A DNA stretch of 34,658 bases, from positions 2,696,865-2,731,522 of the forward strand of contig MU061538.1 of the NCBI GenBank assembly GCA_013265495.1, written 5' to 3'. The DNA is from Vicugna vicugna. Lineage: Eukaryota. Shown in pieces: positions 34,140 through 34,658 of this stretch (positions are counted from its first letter, which is position 1; each line of letters opens with the position of its first letter). The translations under genes and the position numbers were made by a program. The notes under the pieces were generated by a model, which did no database searches, had not been told where the DNA came from, and saw only the letters and a program-made list of their open reading frames with translations.

Positions 34140-34658
34140 AGTTCCACGCAGCGCTGCAAAGCCCCCGCCCCACGGGACAGGCGGTCAGCCATCACCCTTC
34201 CCCACTCCGCGTTCCCACCAACCAAACCACCGTATTAAAATAAATCAGCCGGCACCCCTGCCCTACTGCCCCAGCTCCCTGTCACCTGTGTCGCCCGACC
34301 CTCCCTTCTTTCCCTGTAAATCCTGAACTCAGAGCATCTTCAGTGCGCAACGCGTGCCGCTGGGCACGTCTCGAGGGAGAAAAGGCGGCAGCCTGTGTGA
34401 CCGAATCGCGTTTTCCCACCCAGGCCCTGCGTGTTCAGCCCGTGGGCAGGGGCCGCCGAGCGCCGACCCCGCCGGGGCAAGGGTAGGGACCGGGGCTGAA
34501 ACGCCGCTCTGACGCCCGGTGACCCGCGCGAGCCGGGGCGGCGCGGCGGCGCTCGGGGAGGAAGCGGCCAGCACGGGCGGGCTGCGGCCGGACAGGCCCG
34601 AGCGTCTGCCTTCAGAGCACGTCCAGAAGAAAAAAGGGGGAAAAAGGCAGGCAGGAGG
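34140..34658. promoter_or_regulatory. CpG island (edge; probably continues beyond the window)
   Basis: Very high GC and CpG density at 34340-34625 (e.g. CCCGCGCGAGCCGGGGCGGCGCGGCGGCG), GC boxes at 34161 (GCCCCCGCCCC) and ~34535/34576. Confidence 0.8.

Noticed and set aside
266..34574. The many 60-220 aa ORFs in the six-frame track as genes
   Set aside because: They overlap on both strands, many start at GTG/TTG, and they have the Pro/Arg/Gly/Ser-rich composition expected from GC-rich non-coding DNA with no recognisable domains. Only the L1-derived ones show homology.
34576..34590. 15-bp match GGGCGGGCTGCGGCC to the reverse complement of ~3307-3321
   Set aside because: Short GC-box-containing match between two GC-rich patches with no extension; consistent with chance.
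1..34658. CRISPR array, operon, prophage or other prokaryotic system
   Set aside because: No regularly spaced direct repeats and no gene-dense coding; the sequence is plainly mammalian with LINE/SINE fossils.

Overview
Mammalian, almost certainly camelid (Camelus/Vicugna-type), non-coding genomic DNA. The lineage call rests on a camelid vic-1-like tRNA-derived SINE and artiodactyl-type L1 3' ends, recognised from memory and not by database search. I find no convincing cellular protein-coding exon. The only ORFs with recognisable homology are LINE-1 ORF2 remnants. A substantial fraction of the window is transposon fossils: several L1 pieces (some nested, with TSDs), MIR, L2, MER5A-like hAT MITEs, a Tigger2-type MITE and an ERV1-type solo LTR. 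The rest is fairly GC/CpG-rich unique sequence ending in a CpG island at the right edge. Minus-strand splice signals, an internal TATA-like/Inr/5'-splice-site unit at ~3.2-3.4 kb and the strand bias of the L1s suggest the window is the 5' intronic region of an unidentified minus-strand gene with non-coding or alternative first exons (inference). The best leads are a very degenerate L2/CR1-clade reverse-transcriptase remnant in an otherwise repeat-free block (17.8 kb), homeodomain/POU-motif-dense enhancer-like islands (13.3 and 26.9 kb), a CACGTG E-box excess (8.5-17.4 kb), a solo LTR with intact ARE and TATA, and a clean 78-nt plus-strand exon signature (31.07 kb). I do not see evidence for a new biological system. 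Repeat family names are approximate and need RepeatMasker/Dfam confirmation.
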